Source: Balanoglossus misakiensis (taxonomy: Eukaryota; Animalia; Hemichordata). Taken from it: a stretch of DNA of 64,000 nucleotides. The stretch spans positions 13,484,304-13,548,303 of the forward strand of contig CM082578.2 of assembly GCA_040954595.2 (NCBI GenBank). Reading direction: 5' to 3'. The translations under genes were made by a program, and so were the position numbers. Shown piece after piece: positions 26,884-41,700 of the stretch (position 1 is its first letter; each line of letters opens with the position of its first letter). The notes beneath the pieces were generated by a model. The model worked only from the letters and a program-made list of their open reading frames with translations, was not told the origin of the DNA and made no database searches.

Positions 26884-29800
26884 GCTCCCCTTTAATCATC
26901 TGTATACAAAAAAATTGCGGGAAGGGAGAAACTTATGCAGCTGTTACTGTTATAGCATGTTTGAGTCGGTTTGTCGTGATGTCATGATTATCCTTGCATT
27001 TCAGATCCATTCCAGAAACAATGATGAGTCCGTGAATCAGTGTGTCATAACGACACGTCGCAATGTCGGCACTTTCAGCTGTTCTGAAAAAATCAGAACG
27101 AACATTCTTCTGAGATCTGCGCTCCACCTGTTTTGAAACATCTAAATTATTTGTTACAAAGAGCTATCGGGTTCAATCTGAGATTGCATGTTTTAATCAT
27201 TATTCGCGTCACAAGAATTCCCTACACGGTGTAAAACACAGAATAGATCAGACACAACTTTGCGACAAGGCATTCTTTGCCGGTGACTAATAAAATCAGA
27301 TGCATTTGACCCTCTCCCTTTCTTCGTTTTCTTTATTTGCCGCTTGTCATCACGAAAAAGAAATATTCATTCAGTCATTCAGGAAACAACTATAACCTGT
27401 GTATAAAGTGTGACATGATTTCGTAAAACTGTTAACACTTCTTTGAACACCATCAGCGTGATGTATGGACATGTTATTGACAAACCCGCAATTCAAATGA
27501 TGGACGTGCATCCAATTGCGTAAATTAATGTTCCTCAGGATATGACAATGATGTGGTCGCACATTATGAGTTTATTCAAGGCCCTGTATTCCTGAATTGT
27601 TTTATTTATGGTTGGTAAACCTAATAATTTATTCGGTTCAGCTGCATGCACTGATAGTTAATAAAACATTACATATATCCCATATTTTATTTATTAAAAT
27701 GAGCATCTGAGGTTTGGATGGAATATTTCATGTAAATTCACCCTTCTCGCTGCATCATGATGTCCTACAAGATCTGCGGCTGAGGAGGAACATAAGGACC
27801 CTCTTCGTTCAAAAATGCCACATAAGTCTTCCTATAATTTCAGTTGATATGATACTCCGATGTTATTTGGTTTCAATAGAACAAGAAAAGTTCTATCGGC
27901 AATCTTCTGGGCTCGTTTGTAACTCAAGAAAATTCTCAGACTTTATAGTTCGATATGAGGGAGATTCTGGATTAAAGCACCAACTAAACGCTAGTGTCCC
28001 ATCCACTCCTTAACAAAATATGATAGAGCTAATAATGTACCGTATAATTTCGACAGCTGTCCAACATGACATTGAACAGTCTTCCCTTTAATGACATGCA
28101 AATATTTTGGCGTACGTCAACTAAGGAGATCAAAGGTTTTAACACCTCATCTTGCGCAGTTAAAAGTGTGTCATGGCCACCTTACAATCGCAGTCAAACA
28201 TTATTGCATTTGAAATGTGGTGCGTGTATGTTCATGAATGCACAGAGTGGTCCATAACCTTAATTTCGCATGCCCTCTTTCAGAAGTTTGGCTTATGTTA
28301 TAGATTAATTGCGCTAATTGTCACCTGTTATGATTAAAGTGTCAGGTCATCACACTTTGAGTTAACGCCTATATATTATACTACATTGGCCGCCACCGTC
28401 AGTCAGTGGCTTCTGCGCAAGCTCATTTGATTCAACAGTGTGCAAACATCATTCGACGGCATTGTAAACGCAGTGTCAGAAAATCTCATTCTGTGTGAGC
28501 TGACTTCAACACTCCCGTCCACTTTCTTTTACTGTAGGTAAGTGACTTAATATCATAGCAACATCTACATGTAGATAGTCCTGTATTTAATCGTGGATGA
28601 AATTTTGGAAGTCCATGCAGAACAGCATCTCACAAAATTACATGAGAGCGAGAGAGACATAGGTGTTAACATGGGTGGAGCAGTAACATGTTGAGCTGAT
28701 ATAAATTGAGCTGATATAAATGTAATAATGCGCCCGGAAATTATTGCAAAACCACCCCAATCGTATACATGGTTGAGCGGTGCAGAGAGTGTGCAGTTAA
28801 ATTGTTCTTAGCAGCGTTGATCACAATAACAGTTTTGTGATATAAAACATGTTCAAATTGACAAATGATTTTGCTAAAACAGATGAGCCTTAATACGCTT
28901 ATACACTGCAAGAGTAAATGAGCCCAAACATGTCATATATTAATTAACATCTGTTTGCAACTTAATCTCAACAATACGAATGCTAGACGTATTTATTCAT
29001 ACAAGGGTTTGATTTAGGTTTGTCTGACCATCAACGTGTCTGTCAGATTGACTCAGTTTGTCTTTCTGTCGATCTGTGTGTACTGAGCTTTCTTCCATCT
29101 CAAGTGAACAAATATATGTAAGCAGCGACTAGCTCTTGAATGTTGTCACCGTGTTAGGTCTGATTTAATTATCCGTCCAAGTTTAGTGTTTCTGATGTAA
29201 GTCCTTTTTTACAGTTTCAGTATTTCCTGTGCTTTGTAAACGTAACACGTAAACAATACAATGTTGTGCATGTCGTATCATTCCGTATGTTGATTATTAA
29301 TGTAGTCGGCACCTGACCTAATAGATCGGATAGGTAAAGACAACTATATTGCAATGATTGTAATTTAAGCATGTTGCATGGCGTGAGCAGTGTGAAGATC
29401 CCTAAAGATAAAGCTTTTGCAGATCAATCTGTTAAATTAATGGTTATCTGTCTTCATGCCAAACGTGTACGTACATTATAGGAAGCGTTCATTTCGCACG
29501 CGATAAGAAGATAATTTGAGTAGCAAGGACTCGCCAGTAACTTTCTGTCACTGTGGCTGTTTCAATTGATTGTCACTACAAGGGCCAATGCCATTCGTCG
29601 CACGGAAAAGTAAACTTGGTTTTAGGCAGAATTTACTCTAAAACTTCAAAGCCAAATAAAAGATGACATATAGTGTGTTCATTAATCCTTTCAGGCCTGT
29701 GTTTCTGGGGGTTGGTCCAAAATATCTACCGGGGTATGTATACCGGTATGTGTTGATATTTCGATTTTTGGGTCACATTATGTCATTATTCATATTCTCA

Positions 29801-31599
29801 AAGTCCATACTCAGACATACATGAAATGAATGCATTCAAAGATGGCACACTATTACAATGTACATTCTGCAGTTTGTAATGTTTTTCTTTCATGTGTATC
29901 TGTAAAAGTCATGAAGATATTGTATTATTAGATTGAACACTGGCTGACAATACCAAACTTAAGGTAATCACACAAATTCTGACAACAAAAAACCCAAAAT
30001 ATAAATTAATATTACTTTTACATAATTTAATAAGCAACTTTGTATTATTCCAGTTGTCAGTGACAACCTAATTGTGTTAAAAGACTCTAACAATAAGTAA
30101 ACCAATCGGTATAATTGAGTTAAAAATACATTATCCTGTTTCCGGATAGAGTTAGCGGAGGGCCAGCATTTAAGCCATAGTGCCTATCATTCATAGTACA
30201 AAAGTCAAATTGGGTTTTATAATGGACTTTTCATTGTAATGACAATGAAACTGTTGTGACTGATTTGATGATATTGCTCGTTGCTGATGTTAAAAGACGT
30301 ATTGCATTTTAATCTTGGAATTTAAGTCCCCTGTCTCCTTGTAGCAATAAATTATTTATTCATTTCATATGGATAAGTTGGTTCCAAAAGTAAATATGAT
30401 CCGGTAACAGTTATGTCGATTATAACGGATCAACTATCGATTTCATTAAACAACTGCCATAGTCATTCATTTTTTTTTCAAGAAAAGCCAATGGTTTTGT
30501 ATATTCCAGAGTTAACCTTAAGCCTTCAATCGACCGCCTACATCTTAGTCATCAGATATTGATGTCAGATCAAAAGGCAATTATCAGACTGAGTGTAGCT
30601 TGCACCAGTCTAATGTTTCATTGCGTGTGGAATATCACTGACGCACTCTAGTTGCAAAGTCTTGTTCAGAACGGCAGCCCATTTAACGTTTGAGTGACTT
30701 CGTCTTTCCAGACTTGGTCAATAAATCAGTCTGCTGATCGGTCAACATGTCCCTGTTTTGCCCTGGCGATTGTGGCGATATTTTGAAATCTGCAATTGTG
30801 ATGGTTTCGCGTCGTTTCAACTGTATAAAACAAACTCTGACAAGAACAGGTGGCCTTCTGACTGAATCATGCTAAAACAAAGAACGTGTCACCGGCAATT
30901 TATTTTCCTGATTTCTAGCAGCCATCGCAGCGTACACAAGTGTCTCGTCGAGCACGTTCTGACGTGTGCTTTCAGTTTTCATCCTTTTCTCATGCCGGTG
31001 AGACTGACTTAAACGGCTTAAAAATAACTGCAATGCCGGTCATCAACTTTGAATAATAAACCTTCTTTCTCTTCTCCTAATTGATGAACACAGTAATATA
31101 TGTCCGCTTCAGCCACAGCAAGGATTACCGCCGCAAGCTTATAAATCTGTGATCAGTTAATTACGCTTATTTTATCATAATTTATAATGTTGGAGAACCA
31201 TGTCGGCCATGAAGGTAAAATCGTGCACTGGTTATGTAGACATGCGTTAGCAATATACCTGAAATCAGAAGCTTGGATTGCACAGATGAGAATTGCAATG
31301 TTTTGCAATGTGCATGTAAAACTCCCATTTATTCTATATTTACGAGAAATGACTGTTTTCCCTCGTACTGCAAATACAAGAAGATTTGTTATCCTTCATG
31401 TATATACCCCGTAGCTATAAGTCTAGTCTATCATTGGCCTATGGATCAACTTATCCAGTTAGCGTCACTCTGCATGCTAATTAGTCGCCATTCCTTCCTG
31501 CACTAAGCATGCATGGCGCTGAATATACAGTATGCATATACAGACTGATATGCCAATTCAGGGGAACTTTCCTGCAAAAAAATAGTAAAATCTTGTGTT

Positions 31600-31900
31600 A
31601 GACTCAGACAGTTCGGCCACTTGGGGACTTTTTATTTACGCCACATTGCACTTGGTTGGAAATATTTATCAAACCCTGCTACAGTGAAATTGATCCGTGC
31701 TTTCATTACTTCCCACTGTATTGCCTCTTTTAACTCTCTTTTAGATGTGTTCTCACAAAAGTTAATTTACCGTATTCAGCCTCCACGGGAATTTAAAGAC
31801 GAGGCATATGTTATGCACAGTTGACCCTTTGTTTATCAATTAACAGTTCCGTGCACAGACAAAAGATTTATTTCTATACAAAAGCACACGTCAACATATA
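31600..31900 (+). mobile_element. Degenerate LINE (L2/CR1-group) ORF2 C-terminal fragment
   Basis: The translation YLRHIALGWKYLSNPATVKLIRAFITSHCIASFNSLL...IYRIQ resembles the post-RT motif LR.I..IR.YL...A...LIHAFITSRLDYCNSLL....I.RLQ of L2/CR1-type elements. It is eroded and short. Confidence 0.6.
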
Positions 31901-32858
31901 TGGGCCTTATAAGTTGCTCTAAAGTCACTCTCCATCTAACCCTAGCTGGTCTTGCATCAGTTGCAATGGCACAACAATTTGCTATTAATCATTTGGGAAA
32001 CTTTTTTTACTGTTTTTCAAAATAAAGAATTAAAAAAATTACTACCTACATATCTGTCCTGTTTCTGAAGAGCATGAACAGTCAACACAAAGTCACTTTT
32101 TAGTAGATCATAAATAATGATTTTGTGATGTTAGTTTTACTGCCTTACTCTTCTATAGTTATTCCTTCATCCATCCATCCATTGAGATATTTCTCTCTCT
32201 CTCTCTCTTTCTCTCCCCCCCCTCCCTCTCCCTTTCAACTGTCAAGCTGCCTAGTGAATGTTATTTTTAGCAATTGGCCAAAACTAACAACTGGTTTATC
32301 TTTTAAGGTCAACGGATCTGGATTTATGATTTCACATCATGTCAAAGGAAGACGGATATGTGTGAAAGGACTTTGTGTACTCATGATTGTGACTTTGAAA
32401 GGATCTTCTGGTAGCTAGTGGATCATACTTCTTTCACCTGAAATGAAATCTCTTCACGGATTCCCGCCATTGGAACTACAACAGTCGGCAGGCAAATAAT
32501 GCTGCTCCTGGACAACTTTCGAAACAAACCGGACAATGGATAGCATTGAACAACCTCAAATCAACGAGGAACCCCCTTCTTGAAGATTAATGAATAGTAT
32601 ACACACAAATAGGCCCATAGCCCATCCATAGACTGCAGTTGGTTCATCTAGAACAGAACTTGAACATACAATTACAATTTTAAGTGAGTGTGCGTCTACT
32701 CATTTTGACAGTCGCGTTATCAATAATTCATCATCAGTATCATTACTACTGTAACATTTATATGTGTCGCTGAGAATCAGGGCATCAAAATCTGTTTGTG
32801 GAGTTTAACAACTGACTGACTCAGTTTGATTGGGATTCTGACGTCTGTTTCTGTGGAC

Positions 32859-35800
32859 ATGGCGAGTGAATATTCTTCATCTAAGGGTCGTCAACTTTGT
32901 AAAGGAAATAAAGCATTTCGACCTGACTCTGCAATTGTGAAATTAGCAATAGCCGCTGGTGCTGGTTGTTTGTGGTCAGCTTTCTACACAGGTAAGGAAA
33001 TGTGGATGTGTGTTTGTCAGCTGTCTCTGCAGTGTTTGGATCTAAATTTATCAATATGTTTATCTTTGGTTAATTTATCAATATTTTAATTTAAAGTGCA
33101 AAATTTAGATGTAAGTCAAGATGTACTTCAGTAGAGGGTGGCTGTTGCGTATGCAAGTTCCTAACTGCACAATGAGTACCTCGTATACGCAACAGTGCAA
33201 TAAATTCTGTCTATCCCTCACTGGCATTACCGTTTATTTATCGGCACAAGTAGGATAAGAAGTAAATTGATGGTCTCAGTGGCGGCTAGACCACTAATCT
33301 CGGTTTTCTGTTGCCCATGTCCATAACAGTTAATGGGCAAATTTTATGACACCACAGGTCTCAAACAAAAGAAGTATTAACCTTAGGGCCTACATGCTTT
33401 GCAAAACAAAAAAGCTGGTGACTAGCTCTATCCATACATTTGAGTTTTCAATGCGCTGTACACAACCACCCCACAAAACAAATTGAAAGGTAGATTCACC
33501 CATCGATATATTCAATCTCATAAGTTTGACCAATCCTAGTACATCTAATTATCACCACCAGATCCATCCAGATGACTGCAAAATTAATGAAACAACAAAT
33601 AGCATGGGCGCAGCATCATACCGTAAACGATACTGGATAGATTGTATGACAAATTGAATGATTTCAACTTTCAAATCATACTTTCCCTATTGTCAAGTAA
33701 TATTCCACCAAACGCTGAGATCTTGTAGAGTTTCTATTCATATGAAGATGTCTGAGTGAGACACAACTTATTAGCATTAAAGCCAGTGAGACAGGGAATC
33801 CCTATACTCTAAAAGTGAATTTATGCTCCAAAGCCGCACAGCACGCTAAGATGGTTTTCTACATTTACGCCAGTCGCATGCACAATTATGACGCGCTCCT
33901 TTGATTTTCATCCGTACATGGGTATTACAAGGGATGACATATTTGTTCAGGGAAGGACCGGCGCCTATTGGCCTTAATTTGGCGCGTCTCTCCTCTTTAC
34001 CCATATAGTGAGGTCATCGACCTTTAAGTCTTCCGCTCACGTAAATGCACCCATTAAGAAAGATAATATCTTCATTCTCGTTGCATTTTCATTTATTATC
34101 TGTGACCTCTTACTGTTTTTGAATTGAAACAGTACGCATTATTTACCAATTTGTTTGTTTCCTGGGCTGTGAGCATAGTTCTCAGTCTACTTTCAGGTGT
34201 AAGATAATAATTCGACAGCACTAGAAGGTTATCACGTAGACATAATGACGTCATCACTGCTTACCAATATGTCATGTCTACGTGTAGAATGATATAAACT
34301 CAGAAACAGCAGATTTTAATGGCATCATGTCTAATGACGACAAAACCAAATTATTGAAGAATCATATAACCTTCGGGGATGTACGGTATAATAATGTTTG
34401 TTGTGAGTGGCAAAAAGGAAGTGGTTATAAGATACATGTGAAGCAACTGATTCGTTGTCCCTGATTTCCCATTGAACTAATTATATTTTCAAAGCAGGTA
34501 TTCTTTGCTCACGGGTGACTGTTGTGTTGTTCGTAGGCCATTCTCCATATCAGCGCTCCTACTGTACACTGTCATATATTGTCTGTCAACAAATTCGACA
34601 AACATGCAAAATGACCAAGAAAACAATAACACAAAGTAACGTAGTAAGGTTTTTTATAAGATGCAACGAGATTGTTGTGTATTGTGTTTAAGCCTAATGA
34701 TCATGTTTGTTTTAGGCCATGAAGTACATTGAACATTCCCCTATAATCCTTGCTCCAGGCTGATACAGACAAGATCAAGACTGGGTAAAATACGCAGCAG
34801 GAACATGACATTATAGTACCGGTAGAGGCTAGAGTATTAAATGGCGTAGTGAAGCAGACAATAAAAAAATGTTAAGACACAGTGCAAAATTTCCTGCGTG
34901 TGCTAATTCAGGAAGGATTCTTTGATAATGTTCATTAAAAGTACTCTTTTTTCAATCAATGAGTTGCACTTTGGTCCAATAAGAACGACGGTTTTATATA
35001 GCGACATAATATTCGCCTAGCTCTTTCACTCACATGCTTTAGCAAATGATGTAGGATGCAAGCCACTGGCAGCTGCTTTTTCTGCACCAGGTGCAGTCAT
35101 GTCTCTGAACACTGAAATTCAATTCATTTCCCTTCCTGTTCCATATTAATTCAGTCATATTAAATATTGAAACTTTCATCTCGAAGTTGGAATGAAACTT
35201 GTCGTCGAAAACTTGCCACTATAACAATTAACTCATGAATGCATGTATGTATGTATGTATGTTATTTATGTGTGTATGTATGCATGTACATGTATGAATG
35301 GATGGATGGATACATTTTGCATGAGTTAATCCTTTTAAGTGCATTGCATCAATCAACGTCAGATCTTAATTGTTGACTAATAAACAGTTAATTATAAATT
35401 AATAATTGTTCATAATGCTTAGAGGCATTTTGAATATATGGTAAGCCAACCTATCCACATTGACAATCATCTGCCGCCAGAAAAATGATAAAAATTGAGT
35501 GGATTACTGATTTGTGAAACACTATCAGCCGCTACGTACACTTTATTGAATGCAAATGTCCCCTGACTGGAAGATAGTTAACCCCGTGTTACTGTGTTCA
35601 AATCCCAGGTCGCTGGTTAAGACAAAGGTTTCATCTTAACACGTATGTGATCCGGGAAAAAAACAACAACATTAGACAGTTGCATTAGCCAAGGAGAATG
35701 AAGGTAGACATTATTAATGGAATGGCCCCGGGCCATCCACTGCAAGATTAGACTGAGAAGGATTGCAAAGTATACAAGGAAACTAGATTTTGAATAGAGT

Positions 35801-38782
35801 TAGGACGAAGTTGTTAGTTGTGTTTCGTATGCATTTACATACAGTTCAGCTTTATACTGGATCATTGTTATAACTGGAAACATATCATGGCTAACATGCA
35901 TATAGTAAGACATTTTCAAAAGACAAAAAGTAAAACACATTAATGAACATCTAACATAATCAAAACTAAATACAATGTAATGTAACCTCGGATATGCTTC
36001 AAAATCATGTAACATCCTCTGACATAATCAAAATTAATTCATGTAACCTCTGGCACGAAACAACCCATATACTCTGAAATTTATGCACAAGGCTGCGATT
36101 GACGCTTATACTTTTTTTTACTTTATGGTCATCTAGGCGTTGGCGCTGAAGTGTGTCCACGATACAAAGACTTCCTTGGACGCAAACATGAGGAAGTGGA
36201 TTGCTCGCTTGATGAGAGAGGACCTCATTGCTGTGGACTGCGAAGCTTCTTATACTGTTGCAAAGATTTCAATTATTCCATATCCAATGAGAAACATGTG
36301 GCCAACATAGTTGATAGGTAAGGTGGTCCTGGTGACAAGATTTATCGGCAATTTCTCTGGTAGTTTATATTCTTGCATTTACTTCTATTAAATTTTTTTT
36401 CATCTTATACCGGTATAACAAACTAGCTAATACTATTGTAATAACATCTAACTTGTTCCTTCACACCGAAAGTTAAAAGTCGGCCTTTCTATACTGTGCC
36501 ATGCAACCGTGATTTCTTCACACTCATCCATGGTGATTGTGATGTACGATCTATGCGTCAAATTATCGGAAACTGTGCGAATTAGTCGCCACCGATGAAC
36601 TCTGTGTACATGACTGCGATCCAAACCTTAATTATATTTCATGCTATGATTGATCACAGTTCCCAGTTTTTCATACCTTCAGAGGATATATGCCGACATC
36701 TACTCATCAGGAAATGATCTCCTGTATAATTGCTTCCTTCGAAAATTCTATACCACTGATTAACTGACTCTGGCAGGCCTAGATGCATGCATGGCTGCGG
36801 GCACCCGTGAAATCCATCATTGCCCTTTCTGTGTCCCGGCAAGCTATGAGCCACAGTGTTGTTGCATTTGACCTTGGCAAAATTCTCATCCTTACAATAA
36901 CATTCGGTAAAAAAGACATTTGATTTTCATAAATAACATTGTTTTGTCATCTAGATATCTAAATAAGTATATTAAACGTGCACGTTTGTGCATATTGCAG
37001 ATCTTGAAAATTTAAGATGCCGACCCAAGATTATACATGTATTAACATAATTTGATCACGTCGGGCACACGGGCACATTAGATCCTTTTGAATTAGTTAC
37101 CATTGCTGTAATGTTAATATTACAACATGAGCATTGGACACAAGAAATTTAGATTAAGAATAATGGCCCTTGGCAATTTCCAATGGGATTATTTTTTTTA
37201 TAAAATGTGGATGCTAATATCAAATTTAGATCTGTAAATGTGCCAGGACTTGTAAGACACAACTGAATGTATCACTGATTCACTGGGATGGTAAATGAAT
37301 TATATATAGCCAATAGGGATATTCACTTTTTGTAATGGCTATCAGCAATAAACGTTATGAAAAGCATGGTGGATATTGATTTTGGCACTATAGCACGCTA
37401 GATGTCCAGGTAATTTCTTGTCTGATGGATGTTGATTGAAATTGGGTCCCATGGCTTTCTGTGAAGTCGACACTTAGCTGAAACTCGCAGAATTTGATTT
37501 ATGTCAGTAAACACAAAGGGTCAAGTCGCTATAGTGAAAAAACATTATCTGATTTCACAGAACAGAATTCTACGCAGATACAAGAAATATTGAGGGGGCA
37601 ACAAAGAAATTATGCACACACACACACACATACGGTACATGCATGCATTGATTTCATGACTTAAATTCTATGGGACATTACAGAAGAATGACACATTCAT
37701 GAAAGTACTTACTAGAGTGGTTTTATGGTGAATTTTATAACTGTCAGTGTGTCAGAACTAATCTCGATATGTGTCAAACTCACAATAAATTGTTATTGAC
37801 ATACTGCCGTCGCGTGAAAAGAAACTTTTTATCTTCATTACTGTGTTTTGCATTAGGTGCAGATGTACAATAAAACAGGCCAGTTTTAAAAGCTGAGATA
37901 TTCTGTTTTGAAAGACACTCTCTATCTTGCCTATGCATGGACTTATCGCAGTTAGTTGAGGAATAGTGAACGCTGTCACGCCAGTCTTGAAAAGTTAAAT
38001 AGAAGAAGGCTTGTCAAGAATAGCAGTTGTTTGAGAGAAAGTCCTTTCTGTACAGTTCCAAAAGTAAATATAACAGCTAAGGTCGTTCTCCGGTAACATC
38101 ACATCGAATGATGGACATCATAATGATCATCATGCATGTTTGTGAGACGGTAAAATTGTTCCACTTTGGCGCCAGTGATTGGCGCTAGTATACTTACAAC
38201 ACCAGTGTACCTTGCCATGGTGACTGCTGAAATTCCAGTTCATCTCTTTTGACGTCGTTTCCCAAGGCACGCAAGTGTACTATGAACCAAATGATGAACA
38301 ATTTGGTGCATGTCATTTCCAGATCTGTTTGATTTTGGATGAGATATGGGCTTATTCACGAATGAAGAGAATTTTTATGATTAGGCAACATATAGCATAC
38401 AAATTAGTCATTTACGTATCTTATGCATTTCTGCAATTACAGACCGTACCTCAAGAGTTGTTCACCTAATTATTTGGGTCTTTGCATGTATGTAGATCAG
38501 ATTTATTTATAAATTTATAACATTTAGTGATCTTCAACCATCTATGATTTTAACATAGTGTTATATCAGAACACATTTATACATTCAAAATGTGATCCTC
38601 TTTCGTCAAAACTTAATAGTGTGATCTTTTGTAATCTTCTTTTTTCACTTCTATGTTGTAGGTCATTCAATAAGGATGACGTCATGATGATATTGCTATA
38701 TATGGGAGTAGGAGTTGTGTTTGCAATGACTGTCTTTTTCTACAACCACTGGTGCGGCAATAGATCGACTACCAGACCATAG
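32859..38782 (+). CDS. Shisa-like (six-cysteine, single-pass) membrane protein, 144 aa; exons 32859-32991, 36137-36317, 38662-38782
   Basis: Junctions ACAG|gtaagg...ctag|GC (phase 1) and GATAG|gtaaag...gtag|G (phase 2) are in frame, 435 nt total. Exon 2 encodes EVCPRYKDFLGRKHEEVDC...HCCGLRSFLYCC (C-C-CC-CC with Y.D..G, the Shisa pattern). Exon 3 encodes a TM segment, VMMILLYMGVGVVFAMTVFFY. Confidence 0.8.
35239..35312. repeat. Imperfect (ATGT)n/(ATGG)n microsatellite
   Basis: Directly visible tetranucleotide reiteration in intron 1 of the Shisa-like gene. Confidence 0.8.
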
Positions 38783-41700
38783 TCAATATGCCTGCAGAGA
38801 CCATATGGTTCTTATCTGATGTCATTTAAGCCATCTACAAAAAAGCCATAATGGAAGAACAGTTCCCAGGTCATATGAGAAGATGTTGACCTATACATAA
38901 GCCTTGAGAAGTAATGTCCAGATCAATCGAAAAATAACATGGATAGATGAAAGGTCTTTAATCCCAATTCTTGCTTCTACTAATTATACATCACTCCGAT
39001 AGGATCCTATACCTTGGCATTGAAGAACATCAATGTTTCAAATAATGTGACCTCATCGATTGTGTGACCAAAGCACATAGATCATCTCTTTAAACGTCGC
39101 TGACTGCACTTGGTGATTTATAGCGGTGCGGTATCCAGACTACATCTCTTATCAACCAAGCACCTATACGGTTCTTCATTCCAGCGATTTAATTCCTACG
39201 GTCCCCAGGGCAACGTTTGCAGCCTTACTCAAGACGACAGTGACGTCATTGGCACACCCTAGGTGTGACCCGATTGTCATGGGAATACTTTTGTCATCAA
39301 GAAATGTGGCCTTCCGAATTCGGGTTCTTTTCACCTTACCACTGCTCAGCACACAGTTGACTTATTCCCCCCCCCCCTGAAGGTGGGATTCATCAGGTTC
39401 GAGAGACCATGTGACCAACTAGGTGATACCCATAGAATCCTACATAGCTCTACAAGTCTTACAGTTATTCCTTTTTGACACCCTGTCCTCGCTGGAACAC
39501 TTGAAGCGATTTTATTCAGAAACATAGAAGCATAAGCGTAGGAATATTATTCCGTAAATATGCGGACTACTTGCTCTGACAACAAATTCAGTATTAGATC
39601 CAATACTGGGATCATGCGTGGACCCATAATGCAGGTGTGGAAATTTGTCCCAAGGTAGCAGTCGAGTCATTTGCACATAGATTTGAAACAACGGCAGTCG
39701 GGCTATAAACCATTCATGGAGGTGACTGCCATCTTATTAAAAGAGATTATCGGAATAGATCATAGGCTACACCTTTTTGTAAATCAGAACTTGACGTCGC
39801 GATAACCAGACTGCAAAGAGCTCCTACTCAGTCGATCTCATTATGCTTGTTCACTGATGCAGACCAAATTGATGTACTCCTTACATTCGTGTAAGAGCTA
39901 TTTTGGGCTGAAGAGACGGCTTTAATGACTTTAAACTTATATAAGTGGAGGAACAGTCAGCGATACAATTCTCTTTAAAGTGAAAGACAGTCGAACACCC
40001 TGGAAACTAAAAGTGTTCAGCGCCATGACAGCAGCTTTATGATGCAGCATCACCTAGAAATCTAATATGTGCTTGCTTGGAATTGCAAAAGTATATTCAT
40101 GCCAAATTGGGACACATGCACAATTGTCATTGTACTCGAGATCATCCTGGATGGGGATGCAGCTACATATTTTCTCTCGACAACCATGTGCTTGTACCGG
40201 GTACATGCACAATCTGTAAATGTCAGAATTTGTAACGGATACAGCTAGAAGTACATGTAATGACATGTGAACGGTATCATATTTTGAACATATCCCACTT
40301 TCCAGTACAAGGACACGAGAATGGACATGTTACATACATTTTTGCGATGTGGAAAAGCGTTACTATGGAAGTGATTTCAAAGGTACAACCTGATCAGCAT
40401 TTTTGTAAAGTAGATATTTCACTGTGGTGCTTTCCTATATGATGTCAATCAATTTTCTACAGTTAAGTACTTTCCAATCATCAATAACCATTATTTTCTT
40501 TGGTTAACACTTCTCCACCATGAACTACAATGTATGATAGTCACAAATTTGATGCGAAAATGATATGCGGATGGGGATACTGCCTCTACTTTTTGTATAG
40601 AAATACCTTTTCACTTCAAAGCCGTTTTTTGCACATGCCCAGATAAAAGAAATGGTTAGCTTTCAATATACATTGTCAGATTTGATTGAAATTTGGTCAA
40701 ACTTTGGAATTTTACAGTAACCTATCACGATTATATAATGGAGTTCAGTGCTTGTGACAATTACTGATAGTTAGTGTTCTATATGGCAGCCTTTTCCGTG
40801 GCCAGTGTTGCTTTCCACATAATCAGGCAATGAAATTGTCTTGTACATTTTTCTGCACAGTAAATTGAATATTCAATAAAACATACAAGTTTCTTCTTTT
40901 TCATTACTTTGTAGTCTTTGTTCAGTGAGGATTGTCTGATAGACATGGGATGAGATTAAAACCTAGCATTGACTAAAGTTAACACGCATTTGGAGTTTGA
41001 TTGAATAGTGCTGTTTATAGTGATAATGAAGGTCAGTGATTTTTTTTAAATTAAAATAGTAGACAGAGGAATGTCCATACATATAATGTAAAACTCCCAC
41101 AAATGTACATGTAATTATCAAAACAAAGGGTAGTGCATAATCTCTTATGAGGGCGCAATACTTAAATGTGTAAACAGAAACATGGAGCTTGCTAGGGAGT
41201 TCTTAATATGTAATATATTTGCTAGCTTTCTATTGCCGAATTGTCAAGAATATGAACATCTATCCTTGGACATTGAGTGACTTAGTAATGCTGTCTCACC
41301 AATAACATGCAGTATCTCCTATCTCGAACCACATGTAATAACTTCCATGTTAATAATCATATCTAAGAAAATGGCACTCTATACTTGGATATAAAAATGA
41401 TGACATCATTATAATTTAGTCATAGTTGTATGTATATCCTTTTTAGAATAATACATTTTGCAATACATGGGTTTTCATGTCGGGTCTACAGGTATGAGCC
41501 TTTCATTTGTAAATCCATGTTTTGTCTTTTTCATCTACAGAATAAAAATAAAGACAGTACTGTATATAGTTTAAATCATTTAATTTTTTTAATTGTCATT
41601 TTAAATGTGAAAAAATCACCATATATTTACTAAAAATCATTTTAAAAGCACAATACACAACTGTTACATTTTTGTGACAAAAAGTAGCATAATTCTACTT

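Noticed and set aside
13600-32000. Numerous 60-110 aa ORFs in the long non-coding stretch
   Set aside because: No domain motifs or consistent splice-phase chains. Such ORFs are expected by chance when alternative starts are allowed. The LINE remnant and 19553-19852 are noted separately.
32235-32265. AAGCTGCCTAGTGAATG resembling miR-22/miR-745
   Set aside because: No complementary arm nearby (upstream is a pyrimidine tract), so there is no precursor hairpin.
37381-37400. TTTGGCACTATAGCAC resembling the miR-96 family
   Set aside because: No star-arm complementarity in the flanks.
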